Source: Epiperipatus broadwayi (lineage: Eukaryota > Animalia > Onychophora). From it: a DNA stretch of 64,000 nt. The stretch covers positions 16,802,001 through 16,866,000 of the forward strand of contig JAQFVV010000001.1 in assembly GCA_028023455.1 (NCBI GenBank), read 5' to 3'. The position numbers were made by a program, and so were the translations under genes. The notes below the pieces were generated by a model, which was not told the origin of the DNA, did no database searches, and was given only the letters and a program-made list of their open reading frames with translations. Of this stretch, positions 14,192 through 26,712 are shown in pieces (the stretch's first letter is position 1; each line of letters begins with the position of its first letter).

Positions 14192-14470
14192 TTACATAAT
14201 TACCATTTCTTATACTTACACAAGGTGTTTATACAGAGGCTAAACTCTCAATATAGTTATGCCACCAGTGCAAGCCAGATCTTAAGATCTAGGTGAAATG
14301 CTCTCAGATCCAAGGCTCCTCACTGATGAAAGCCACAAGCTAGAAACTAGTCTGGGGATATTGGATGAGTAGGCATTAGATAGGAATTTTATGCACAAAC
14401 CTTCCTGCAACCATTGATTACTCTGGTTTGTACTGAGTGGCACTACTGCATGGAGAGTTTAGCCTCTGTG
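14192..14470 (+). mobile_element. ~279-bp fold-back element with internal hammerhead ribozyme, copy 1
   Basis: 13-bp direct repeats tagattacaaaga (14179-91 / 14471-83). ~45-bp inverted arms. Core CTGATGA 14323-29, GAAA 14343-46, GTC cleavage triplet 14350-52. Homologous over its whole length to 25445-25718. Confidence 0.8.
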
Positions 14471-15089
14471 TAGATTACAAAGAATTGTTATGTGTGGAAA
14501 TTTATCTACAGTTAAGCTGCAAATTACAGTGTATCAATGTACACAACTTCAGTTATATGCTAGCCAAAAATAATGTAATTATACAAATAAAAATGTAAAT
14601 AAATATACAAAAGATATTACAATTCATACATTTTACGATACATGAGTAGCATTTTTTTCTATTTCTGACAGCGATAAGAGTTCATGTTTAAAAAAAATTG
14701 TAAACTAATTTTACAACATGCCAGAAGCCATTTTTCTATTTTGGAGTATTCTATGTAATCTTATTTATTAATATATTTTTTTCAGTTTCTGTTGTAAGAA
14801 CATACATTTTATTCTTCCTTTATTATCTGTCTTAAATTTGATGTGCAGGAATTCACATATTAAGATGTTTTCTAAGCATGATGCTAAAAGTTTTACAAAA
14901 TTTAAGATCATATTTAGTACTGATACTGACTTAAACACTTTAAAAAATTAGAGATCATAGTTTCTTAACAATTAGATTATTATTCTATAAAAGAAAAAGT
15001 TATTGAAAAAAAAAATCATTTTTATAGTAGATTACATTTCATTTATGCAGATTTTCATAATTTTATATATATAATTTTTTTTTATTTTC

Positions 15090-15125
15090 CTGACAGTTTC
15101 AACTGCCTAGCAGTCTTCATCAGAG
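15090..15125 (-). ncRNA. Hammerhead-like motif (Penelope-type end); stem I only 2 bp
   Basis: CTGATGA-A-GACTGC-TAG-GCAGTT-GAAA-CTGTC on the minus strand. Confidence 0.55.
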
Positions 15126-16807
15126 CATGTTTTTTGCTTTAAAGTGTATATGAGAGGAGTTATTATAAGCAATATATATATATGAAGAAATGCAAAGAAA
15201 GTAAAGGAGAAGAATAAGAGTATATTCTCATAATTTATTACTGTCCATAATAATGTGCCAATTGAAAACAGCATTGAGGGGTGACAATAGTAACAAGTGA
15301 CTACATGCAATTAAATTTAATATGAAGTTGAGATTTTTGAGGGAAGATTGAGAACCCAAGAATGAAAATGCTCAATGTTTGTAGAACTTTTACTTTGGGA
15401 TTATATTTTTAAATGAGACAAGATCTCTAGATTTTATCAGAGAATAAATGACAGCTGGATAATAAAATAAGTAGAGTAATAAAAATTATTGAATTAATGT
15501 TTATGTCAGTAGTATGTAGATTTCCAAAGAGCAGGTTACTATTAATTAGTGAAGCAATGCTTTTTCTTGATTTATGTATTAAAATGAAATTTAAGGTCAG
15601 TTTGTGACTATTTATGCTAAAGTTTTATTGTATATTTTGGTTCCAATTAAGATCTATATGCCATAAGGTTGTGATTTTATAATGTGCCTGACTTTATTAA
15701 TTTTATTATGACTTTCGATCTTATTAATATTATTTTTGCAATATGTAGAGAAGTCATTGTATATAATGCCATGCCAAATGAAGGGCTTTTTTCAACTTTT
15801 AAAATTATCAAGTTTTAATGAGTCTCACTTATTATTTATTTTGGTATCAACCGAAACACCTAAAACAATTATAGTAGATTTTGAGATGATATGGATATTT
15901 CTTGAAGATAATTGTCTGATTAAGTGATTTTAGTTATATTAACTAAGATGCAAGAAATGTTTTTAAAATTGTTTTTAACATTCCACATAAGCATTCATTC
16001 TTAAAGTAATCATAGATTAGATAAGCATTTAGCCTTAAACACTGCTATCTGTGTAATTTAAAATTTCCTTGGTTCACATGCTAATATTTGTAAATACTAT
16101 GTTATTAATAATAATAATAAAAAAAGAAATGCTTTTTTAAGCATAAAGTGAAGTGACAATAATTGAAACAGCAATTGATTACTTTAAAAATTTCTATTAC
16201 TTACTTTAGAAAACATTTGAAAGGTAGGACTTGTGGAGTTCAGTTTTTTCTCCACATATATTTATATTTCTCAATATTTTACAATATTAATTAAAGCTAC
16301 AATAAAATTTATGCTAGTCAAACTTTATACTTATTAGATAATGTTTGGATCTGCACAGAAAAACAATATGTTACATGCATAATAATAGAGGAATGGTGAT
16401 GACTTTAAATAATAATGGTGGCAACATTTAATGATTACTGATATAATGTAGAATATCATTGGCTGAAAGTCCTTCTAATTCCAAGGCCATTAATTTGTAT
16501 TCATCACAATATCAAATAGCATGTTTGCATTATGCTTTTCATTATTGTTAACATTATGTAAGACTTTTAATTTTCTGCTGTCAAATTTTTGTTAAAGTCA
16601 GAAATATTATACATAACTCCAAATAAAAGTCTTTAAACATATATATTATTTAAATTTTCTCATTACAACCTCTGTATAATCTTCATAGTATTTTGTTCAT
16701 AATCAGTTAACATGAAACTTTTCTATAAGTTTTATCTTACATAATTTTTCTATAGCCCATCAATTCTGGTTTAAATACTAAAGGATAGTTATAAAATGAG
16801 GTAATAT

Positions 16808-16950
16808 ATAGAGGGTTTGAACTCAGACTTTCACACAACCCTCAACTATCCAAGCTGGGTCATGTAAAAGTCTGAGTTCAAACCCCCTATATATTATATA
16901 TTGGAGTGCAGGTATAAAAAAGCCTGTACTGTAGAAAAAAATTCATATAT
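16808..16950. mobile_element. Short fold-back element (terminal part of the 46.9-47.3 kb family)
   Basis: Inverted arms 16802-16834 / 16863-16896 share ttgaactcagactttca with 46901-17. Flanking 15/16 direct repeat taaaatgag(g/t)taatat at 16792 and 16951. Confidence 0.6.
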
Positions 16951-17639
16951 TAAAATGAGTTAATATGTTTAATGATACTATGACAGATGTAGTTGAAAAT
17001 AAGTTTTAATTAAACATTATTTTCCAGGAAATGAGATTTTCTTTTGTCTTCGTTTCACATTTTCTTTATTGCATATCATCTGGAATTCTATTATGTAAAT
17101 TTAAAACATTTTGATTATTTATTTAAAAGTGAAGAGCAATTAATACTATGTATACTTCTTGCTTGGTGCTTTGAAGCATTATTTTGAATAGCAAACTTTC
17201 AAAGTGTAAAACATTAGCAAAATTATTTATAGAATGTTATTTTATGCAATTTTGAATTATGCAAATTTTTAATGAAAATTAAGTAGACATTAGTTTATTT
17301 TCAAATGTTTCTCTTTCAATTAATGCTGTCAAACTGATTCATGAATTGAATGGAAATCATCAATCATTATCAGATAAATTTGAAAAACTTTTTGTGGGTG
17401 AAGCTCTTAAAGTTTAGTATAATCTTATGATTCAGTTTTGTAGAATTTATAGAGTTTTTAAAAACAAGAAAGTTTAATTTATTATTTTTCGAAAACAAAT
17501 CTACTTTTCTCATATTGTTCTCATAGTATTTATATTTCTTAACAATTTGTTATACTTAAAAACTGTATCACAATATTTTAAATTATTATTATGGATATAG
17601 TGTTATTTATTTAATATCAAAAGTAATACATTTTAGAGA

Positions 17640-18950
17640 ATCAAAGTTAATGGGGAAGTTGAAGGTATTGAAATAACAGTTTATCACTCATGGAAGGCAA
17701 ACAGTATTTGAGTATCAATAATGAGATAAAGTTGAATTTTAATTTAGAGATCTTTAGCTTTTGACTCAATTGCAGAGAACGATTAAGATATTTTTTTAAT
17801 ATAAAAAATTTCATAAAACTGGGTTGAATATTTCATGCAAGTGAAAAGATTGATGGTTATTTAAAAAAAAAATTTGTTACCAATGCAGACTCCAAAAAAA
17901 AAAAAAGTGAAAATGCATTTCACCAATTTTGATAAATTTTAAAAATGGTGGAGACAAAAATATTCAAAAATTGTTATACATGCTTTTATTTCATTAGTAT
18001 TCAACATTTAAAATTTCTACAAACAAGTCACTTGTTGAATTATTAATAGAAAGGGAATTCGGAAATATTCTGATACTTTCTAAGAGAAGAAAGTCCAGTT
18101 GGCTCCAGAGAACAAAATGAAAAATTGTTATTGGATAAGGTGTTTAGATTTAAAGTCATTCTAAATAAAGTACAGGTAGAGAGGTAATAGCTATCAAAAC
18201 AGATAATGATCATGAGATTGAAGAATGATGCCAAAATTAGAAGACATATAATCCATGTTTATAAATGAAGTTGCAAGCTGCCAACAGATGCAGATAAAAT
18301 AAAGACATCAATAAAAAAGCAGCCAGAAAAAGAGAAAAAGTTTTTTGAATCCAAATATCCTGAATCTGAACCAGAGACTCTACAGTTATTAGTGAACAGT
18401 TAGAAGCAGTGGAAAATCAACAAGAATTATCATCAAATTCAAAGTGATAGTGAGATAACCAGAATATTAATAAGAAGGGATAATCCTAGTGGGAGGAATA
18501 CTAAATCTGACATTTAAAGAATAAATAAATAATATTCTAAATATTGAACAATAAAACAAAGTAGAAATACACTGCTATATCATTTTATAATTAATTAAAC
18601 CATGCCACAGGTTGTTTGTTAATACAATACAAGCATATATGTAATAAGTCATTAAAAGAGTAAATTATTTTTAGTAGATGAAAATCTATTTATCATTTTA
18701 TAACAGAAAAAAAAAAACAATTAATGTAAGAACAATAAAAAATTTTATAACAGAAAAAAAAAAAATTGTTTGACTCTAGAGAACAATAAAAACAAAAATA
18801 TAAAAACTGGGAATAGATGAGGAGAAATGCTTACTATAGAAGTGACTATTTCAAATTCATTAGAAATACTGGGAAAATCATTGCTGGAGGTCTAACCCAC
18901 CCATGAAAGATGTAAAACAGAAGATTAAAAACTTATGCAGGTTATTCCAA
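17640..18950 (+). mobile_element. Very decayed Copia-like LTR retrotransposon remnant
   Basis: STGREVIAIKTDNDHE, resembling the integrase motif GKKIKxLRSDNGGE (~18170-18215). IAGGLTHP, resembling RNase H IADxLTKP (~18880). Only short motifs survive. Confidence 0.35.
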
Positions 18951-19070
18951 GTCTAAATTAATAATTATTATGCAACTACATAGCAACTAGGCTTACATAA
19001 GTAAAAGCTTAACTTCTTTGTAATTTATATAACCATTTGTCATATATATATTAATTTACCTTATGTATTT

Positions 19071-19168
19071 TTTTTTTTTTTCATGTGTCAATGCGTTAAC
19101 CGGGAAGCGAACCCGGGCCAGCTGCTTGGAAGACAGCTATGCTAACCACTAGGCCACCAACGCTTGAC
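19071..19168 (-). mobile_element. tRNA-Gly(TCC)-derived minimal SINE / retroposed tRNA pseudogene with poly(A) and TSD
   Basis: 19163-19092 reads GCGTTGGTGGCCTAGTGGTTAGCATAGCTGTCTTCCAAGCAGCTGGCCCGGGTTCGCTTCCCGGTTAACGCA, i.e. tRNA-Gly-TCC with A58 changed to C. It is followed by TTGACACATG and poly(A). 14-bp TSD taccttatgtattt at 19057-70 / 19169-82. Confidence 0.88.
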
Positions 19169-20599
19169 TACCTTATGTATTTATATGTAAATTAAAAAAA
19201 CTAATATTGTTGTAAATGTTGTTGGCATTTATTCATCAACGTGTCCAGCTAAGTCTATCTGTTTCTGATTTTTAAGATTAGTTTTTCAGATGAGGCAACT
19301 GCCTCAGATATTAAATTAGAATAGACATCAAAATGAGACGTAATATTTCGATATATATATACCTTTTCCTAGTATATCCATTGCTTAGTTTTATAGATCA
19401 TTTTAAATAGGACTAAGTCTTTTTAAAATTTTTAGAAAAGAAGTGTCAAAATTGATGCCAACTTTGTTACAATCATACTCCGACAAGTAAAAATAAAGCG
19501 CAGCTGGATATTGCAAATGTTATTTGTATTCTTCTGAAAGTAAAAACAATTTTGGGATATCTTCAAGATTTGATTTATTTTCAAAATGTTTGTTTTTGTA
19601 ATTCTTGGAATTAAAAATAATATTATTATTTATTAAATCAAATATTTAGTTTTCGAGAATCTTTTTTTCAAATTCTTTGTTAATAAATGCCATCTAGTGA
19701 TAAAATTTTACACTTTTTTAAACGATGTTATAAAAAAACCCAATCAATTAAAAACTAATAAAAATGATATATTTAGTTGGCAGCATTTATTAAACAAATA
19801 AAAAATTCTAATTTGAATTAAGTGCCCCCCCCCTAATTAAAATAATAACAATATTAATGCAAACCTGATCTAACGAAATGAATTAACCCACTTGAAAATA
19901 TTTAAAAATATGAAAATTTGCTTACGTATTTCACTAAGACTATATAATTAACGATTTCTTAGTATAATTTATGCCGTTTTTGTTCAAACATTTGTAAAGC
20001 ATTTTTATTTCGCCAACTTTATTTCTATTTTTTTTTTGTTGTTGTTGTTATTAATGAATATAATATTTATTTTTAAAAAAAATGTTATTTACAATTTGAA
20101 ATTCAAGAATTATTATTATTTTTTATATATTCAGGATAAAAAAAAATAAAACTATCACATTTCCAGAAAAATTATTTATCAGCGTAGCTTCTCTTTAAAA
20201 AGAACCTAGCTAATAAATCTGTGGAAAAGAAAATAAAGATAACATTAACCAACTGTTTGTTTCTCATCTATCAAAATGAAAATAGCAATTACAAAATGCT
20301 AATTCTTCTCGGATATAACATTGCTAGACGATAAAGTTGATTTACTTAATTTAACAATTCATATTATTATATAAAAAAATAGCTAATTATAGTGTCATTT
20401 TAATTTTTATTATTGTTTTTTATAAAAATTACTTTAAATATTACAAAATTGAATAATGTCATTGTAAATATATCTTGTTATTTATAGTCAAATTTATACT
20501 GAGTTTCATCCTTTCATTTCTGAGAATTCTTCATTAAAAATGAATTCACTATAAACTCATCAACACTCCTTTAACACTTTAAGCAAATAATTTTATTTA

Positions 20600-20640
20600 T
20601 TATAACAGTTTCGACTGTACTAGCAGTCTTCGTCAGATCT
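20600..20640 (-). ncRNA. Hammerhead-like motif (same Penelope-type family as 15.1 kb)
   Basis: CTGACGA-A-GACTG-CTAGTA-CAGTC-GAAA-CTGTT followed by an aataaa-rich tail. Stem I is weak. Confidence 0.6.
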
Positions 20641-21589
20641 ACAACATAAAAAAATAGACAAATATTATATCAATACAACCAAAATTCTTATTCTTCATAT
20701 TCTCATATAAAATTATAATAAAACAAAATAATATAAAGCAAAAACAATTCAATCCAAAAACTTTTCAAACAAAATTTTTTTCCAAATCTTTTAAAAACCC
20801 AAAACATAAAAACTAAACTATAAAAAATTAATAATAATAAAAAAATAAAAAATAATTAAAAAAAAAAACAAAAAACAAAAAATGAATTCCTATCAGTGTT
20901 GTCTTCAATATCCATGAGCTAACTAACTTACCTTCAACCCATTTCAAAACATGAAAACAAACAATATCTCTAACTATAATCAACAAGATCAGTCCATAAG
21001 TTGACTAAACCATCTGAATAAAACTGACCTTTATTTATTTATAATATCGATTAAAACAAATATATCTTATTTTCTTATTAATAAATTTGTTAGTGAAACT
21101 TGTGATGTTAATAAACAATAGTCAAAGTTAGTTATTAAGTAAGATATACTATATTCTTTTTATAAATAAATAATTGTTAATTAACTTTTATTGCATCTAA
21201 GTTTCTTCTTCAATACAAAAGAACAAGATATCGTTTGGGAAATACTTGGGATGGCAAAAACTATAATGACAGAAAACCTATAGATAAATTTGAATAGTAA
21301 CCCAATTAATTGGTAAATTTTATTTGGACAAGTTAAAATTACTTTTTAATATAAAATTATTTTTAATAAAACTATTAAATTAACTGAATTTAAACAATTA
21401 ATTTATTTAGTATATATATATTTTTAAGATGAATAAAATAATTCTGATAAAAAAAATCATAGCACTTGTAAATACATTTGAGATAATAGCATTTGACATT
21501 TTATGATATCTGGCAAGATAATACTGAAATGAACTATTGTTTAAAAAGTAATAAATTTATTAAGAACATACTTTCATTCTAAATCTCTA

Positions 21590-24100
21590 TTGACTTTTTA
21601 GAGACGCCGTTCCAACCTGATAGATCAATGCAATAATAAAAAGAAGTAGATTATGCCTCAAAGTTAAGGAAGCTAGTTTTAATTTGCGATTTTCAGAGCT
21701 TCTTAAATGAGACATTGAAAGATTGATTTATTTTGCAAAAGATTCATGCTCTATAGGTCAAAATGCTAACATCTCCAGTGCTAACTTTGAAGTTATTTGA
21801 GCATTCCTAGTAAAATCTATTGCTGTCAGGATTCATTTTTAAAAAAGTTTATTCAGAAATGAATGTGAACAATTGTGTTCCTCAAAGCAAATCAAAGTCT
21901 ATATCTATGAGCCTAAACAAAACTTGTTATAGCATAATGAAGGTTATCGTGATAAACAATGTTCATATAAACAACCAATTTACTAATTTTGCCTGTGTAT
22001 TGGCACTTTTAAACAACTCACTAAAAAAAGTCAGCAATCAGGTATAAAAAGCAAAAAATGAACACTAAAGTTTTTTAGAAGAAGTTTGAATTAAGCCTAT
22101 TATGAGTATGAAGGATATAACCTCAACCTTCAATATCAGAATTAAAATAAATAAAATATCAATAGCAATAAAGATATGCTCTGGCCCACAATTTTCTATT
22201 ATTTCTAAAAAATTCTGATTCATAGTCAATAAAGTCTACAAACTACAGAAACACAATACAATTTTTAAAGATTTCCAAGAAAACCTAAAATCTTGGGAAA
22301 AATTATAGTGAAAGTTATAAAAGAAACAAAGCCAAGCAATGAAACCACAGCCAAGAAATATGACAACTTAAGAGGTCATTTTCAGTTCATCCATTGATGA
22401 AATGTGGAGGATGAAATGACCTAGACTACAGTTGGTTCATTTCAGGAAAAAACACACCCAATTTTTTTAAAATTAAAACTAGTATCTTGTCAAATATTAG
22501 TAATCATTTACAGATAATGAAAAATGTTAATTCTACACATTGCCATATGAGTAAAGTATAAGAATTGAATAGATTGTGACTAGAAGGAGTCATTGGGCTA
22601 ATTTTACAGTCTGATTAAAGCAACCCTTATTGTTCCCATAACCAATAGCAATGGAAAAATAAAAAAATTGTGGTAATCATCAGTATATGATAAATAAAAA
22701 AATACCAATAGTTAATTACATACCTCCATCAATCAAACAGATTATTTCCATACTGTCTCATGTAAGAGTTTTTTCAAAGATTGGTATCTAGCAGACATAT
22801 CTCTATTTTCCACTTTACTATTGATGAACAAACATTAAGAGCATTAACAATAATTATCCACAAGGATATACAAGATATTGAGGATAAATAATTGTTCTGG
22901 TATGTCAATAGCTTTAGCAATAATATAATGTATAGTAGAATAGTCAGTTGCTAGGATAACTAGTGAATAACCTTACTTTGAAGAATTCCTTTTAGTGCTA
23001 AAATCTCTAATTAACTATTAAATTCTACTAAAAAAAGTTCTAAGCATGTTTGAAGCTTACAAAATTAAAGAAAGTCCAAAGAAATGCATTTGGAAGTTTT
23101 TTTCAGTTAACAATTATAAATGAAATATATCGGCTAACTATAAATAATGTGAAGGCAAACCATGAGATTTGTTCTTATAAAAACAAAAGAAAAATGGATC
23201 CAGAAATGATTATGAAAGCTTTTTATATTATAAAATTTAAGCATCTAAGCTTTTGTATAAGATATAATACTAAATCATCCATGCACTTTACTACTGTTAC
23301 AGATTCTGAAGAAGATTGTTGGGACAATCGAAACTGTAAACTGTAAAAGAGGGTGGTAAATAAAACAATGTGTAACAGTAGTAAAGTGCATGGATGATTT
23401 AGTATTATATGGCATAAATTTGGCAATGCAATAAGAAAGAGTAGTTATTATACTTTTGTTTAAGCTTTTTATCATTTGTAAAAATGCTTTTTAACTTGGA
23501 GACCCAAATAAGAAAATGCATGTCAAAAGCAAAAAAAAAAAAGCCTTAATAAGTTTTCAATATAACTAGAAAAACTTTTATTATTTGCTTATAATGCTTT
23601 ACCAGATGAACTTCATGCCATTTCAGCACTCAAGAAAGAAGATTTCTTCTTAAGCATTCATTAAATTTTTAAAATAATACTCAAATTGATACGGAGGCTC
23701 TCTCACATCAGGAACAAAGAAATTCTATGACTACCTGTATGTCCAATCATTTTATTTTACAAACTGATGAGAAGCCAATGTTGAGTATATTTTACTGTAT
23801 AAAAATATCCAATATTCATCCTTCAAATTATGAGTTGGACCAATTTTTTATCACCAGACAGATTTACATTGCTATATTTCTAGGGAAAAATATATTCAAT
23901 GTTGATGTCACTTGGTTTTTTTTTTTTGTATGTAAATATCTCCAGCAGTTAAATGCTTACGAATAGTTCTATAAACATGGTAAACTTTTGACTGTTACTA
24001 TTTGACTCATTTGAATTTTAAAACAACATCAAATCTGCTGCTAAATAAACAAAAATCAACCAGCATTACAGAGGTTAACAATTAGACTAGATATGTAAAC
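21590..24100 (+). mobile_element. Decayed BEL/Pao LTR retrotransposon remnant
   Basis: KEASFNLRF (cf. EAGFNLRKW, ~21670), QSKSK...FACVL (cf. SKSRVAP...LELLACV, ~21880-22005), MHLEV (cf. integrase VHLELV, ~23085). Boundaries are approximate. Confidence 0.45.
23262..23410 (+). mobile_element. Fold-back element: perfect 40-bp inverted arms enclosing a hammerhead motif
   Basis: Arms 23262-23301 / 23371-23410. Core CTGAAGA 23306-12, extra A, stem II GATTG/CAATC, GAAA 23330-33, CTGTA. Stem I is ttacag(a)tt / aactgtaa. Confidence 0.8.
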
Positions 24101-24610
24101 AGGAAATAATTATATTGTAAGATGACTTGAAATAGTCATTCTTCTGAAAAGTCATTCTGAAACACTCAACCAGGAATTCTAAGAATGAAATATTATAAAG
24201 AGTCCAAGGTTCACAACAATCCTCAGTGCCAGATAATACCCCAGCTAAAGTATTTTTCAAACATTGACAAGTGTCTGGCTCATAGTCAAAGTCTATACAT
24301 TAAATATTATAATGGCAAACAGTTCCTAATAGTAATAGTCTTCTGTAAATGACTGGAAATATTACTTTTCTATATGATAGCAACAATTAATGTCTAGTAA
24401 ATACTATTTTCTACAACTGACACCCTCAAGACCATAGAATCTGTCTATAGAATAGCTTTTTCAAGTCTCTATCTTGTGACTTAGTTCAAGAGTTTCAGTT
24501 AAACTGACTGTAAATAATTTATTGGTAACTATCTAAAGACAAAATTGTAATTGAAACCACAAATCAGACTGCAAAATTCCAAGTTGAAATCAAAATCCAA
24601 TGCCATAGTG

Positions 24611-25095
24611 CAGGGGTGGGCAATTGTTTTGGTTCAGGGGCTGCAGAGATTGGTGGAGGGCTGCATCGGGAACCACTTTGTGGAAGTGAGGGTTAGCGGA
24701 GGGCTGCACCATTTTTTCATGACACAATAAACACACTACTTTATTCCCTGTATTACTAAAGAAATATTTGTTTGTCCATTCTTCATTAAACACACGGCAT
24801 TCATCACCGATTTTCAGAGGGTTCATAGTTTCACTAAAGTTGGAAATGTATATATTTGCTAATGCAAAGACAAAATTGAAATTAAACAGATAACTGGAAA
24901 AGCACTGCACATCTTATCTACACTGTGCATGTGTATTGATGTGGCCATCCTAGTGGAAAATACAAGATGAATCTTCAGTCGCACATGGGAAGGAAATCTC
25001 AGTTCAACACAGATTTTTCTGATTGTCTTGGTGGACAGCATAAAAACTCTTAGCAGGCCACATGTGGCCCTCAGGCCACTATTTTCCCATCCCTG
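24611..25095 (-). mobile_element. Non-autonomous hAT (Buster/SPIN, GTF2IRD2-like) DNA transposon, 485 bp
   Basis: TIRs CAGGGGTGGGCAA / CAGGGATGGGAAA. 8-bp TSD ccaTAgtg / acaTAgtg fits the Buster nnnTAnnn pattern. Retains the transposase N-terminus KIGDECRVFNEEWTNKYFF...VCLLCHE. Confidence 0.88.
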
Positions 25096-25444
25096 ACATA
25101 GTGCACTATAAAAAACAAACATTAACTTCTTTTTGAATCATGTGCAAACAGAACTTTCATATCTTTACTATATAAATTATGAACAAAACTGTCACAAAAA
25201 CAAACAATGAATGATATCAGAAAGGAAAACAAACTTAATTAGAAGAGATTATCAAAGAAACTGATTCAGAGAACAACCATTTGACACCATTAAATATCAT
25301 TCTATCAATCAGTGGATAATATCTGAAGAAGGTGTTAAAAAATCCAATATCAGCCAAAATTTCTTGAAAATCAGTAATGAGTAAACTAACATTATATAAA
25401 AGAAGGGAATAGTAGGACCAATTTAACTAACTTGTATTCAACTT

Positions 25445-25718
25445 CACATGATCACTATCTCTTATACTAGCACATATTTGTTTATAAACAAAGCAAAACT
25501 CTCCACACAGTATTGCTGGAGGGTTGCATTAGATCCTAAGATCTAGGTGTAGTGATCTTAGATCCAAAGCTCCTCACTGACGATGGCCACAAGCCAGAAA
25601 CTAGTCTGGGGATATTGGATGAGTAGGCATTAGATAGGGATTTTATGCACAAGCCTTCTGGCATTTATTGATTACTCTGGTTGGCACAGGGTGGCAATAC
25701 TGTATGGAGAGTTTTGCT
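25445..25718 (+). mobile_element. ~274-bp fold-back element with intact-looking type I hammerhead, copy 2
   Basis: 13-bp TSD ttgtattcaactt (25432-44 / 25719-31). Arms 25488-25516 / 25694-25722. Hammerhead: TCCTCA-CTGACGA-TGGC-CACAA-GCCA-GAAA-CTAG-TC^TGGGGA (25571-25612), with stem I extended by atccaa/ttggat. Confidence 0.85.
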
Positions 25719-26712
25719 TTGTATTCAACTTATTACAGAATATAAAAACACTGATATTAAAAAAATCAAATCAGGGCAATCTTATTATTAATTTTGTTAA
25801 TCAATAATTTTAACTATCAATCAAAAGCATAGGTCAATTTTTTAAGGAAGTTTAGTTTTAAAATATTTGTTACTATTCTGATGCACACAACCCAATATAT
25901 ATTTGATTGTAGACAACTTAGTTTATGGTAAATTGGTTCGTTATTATAAATTGAACTGTGAATACATGGATACAAGTCAAGGAAATTAGTTTGAAAAGTA
26001 ACTACTCAAACAGAATTAAACAATTACCTATTTCTAATAATATCAAAACCTATATATATATATTATTATTCTTTCAAACCAAGGTTTGTATTGTTAGAAA
26101 ATATCAATTATAATAACTTATTAACTTAAACTACTTGATTATGAAGTATATTTTCTTTGCAAATATTAAGAATTGTAAATTAACATTAATTGCAAATGAG
26201 TTTTTAGTTCAAACACATTTCTTTTTATTTATGTATTTCTTTTTAATGTGTTATTACAAATATTTCTATTTGTATAAAAGTGATGGAGAAATATGTTGGT
26301 AATCACTTATCATAACAGAGATTAAAAATTATAAAAAGAGACAGAATTCCATTTTTACGATCATCTGTAGGTAATGTATACTTAAAAACTTATGACGGCA
26401 ACAACACCACCATCTTTTTCTCCACCTCATTCGTTTTCTTCTCTTTCTCCTCTTTCTTATTCTTCTCATTCTCTTTGTACTACTTTTCCTTCTCTTCCTC
26501 TTCTTATAAATTTTTGAATGAGGTTTTTGGTAAAATTAAATTTTTAGGATTTCTTATTTCACACATTATATTTTCTGCAGTATTGTTCTGTTCTTTGGCA
26601 TTCTAATTTATAAAGAAAAAACAATCTTTGATGAAAAGATGGTAATCTGCTTTATGGTTTAAATGAGTTTCTAAAAATTTAGAATAAAAATGTTGACAAT
26701 ATAAATTTTAGA

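Noticed and set aside
15107-15310. Hydrophobic minus-strand ORF (LFSIGTLLW...FFSFTFFAFLHIY) resembling an otopetrin TM exon
   Set aside because: It lies between exons that already join in phase, it has no convincing splice sites, and it ends in a Penelope-type hammerhead end.
19092-19163. Functional tRNA-Gly gene
   Set aside because: Invariant A58 is changed to C, there is no T-run terminator on the coding strand, and a poly(A) tail and TSD indicate retroposition.
19287-19307. Hairpin tgaggca-ac-tgcctca after CAGATGA
   Set aside because: It lacks GAAA and stem III; it is an isolated short hairpin.
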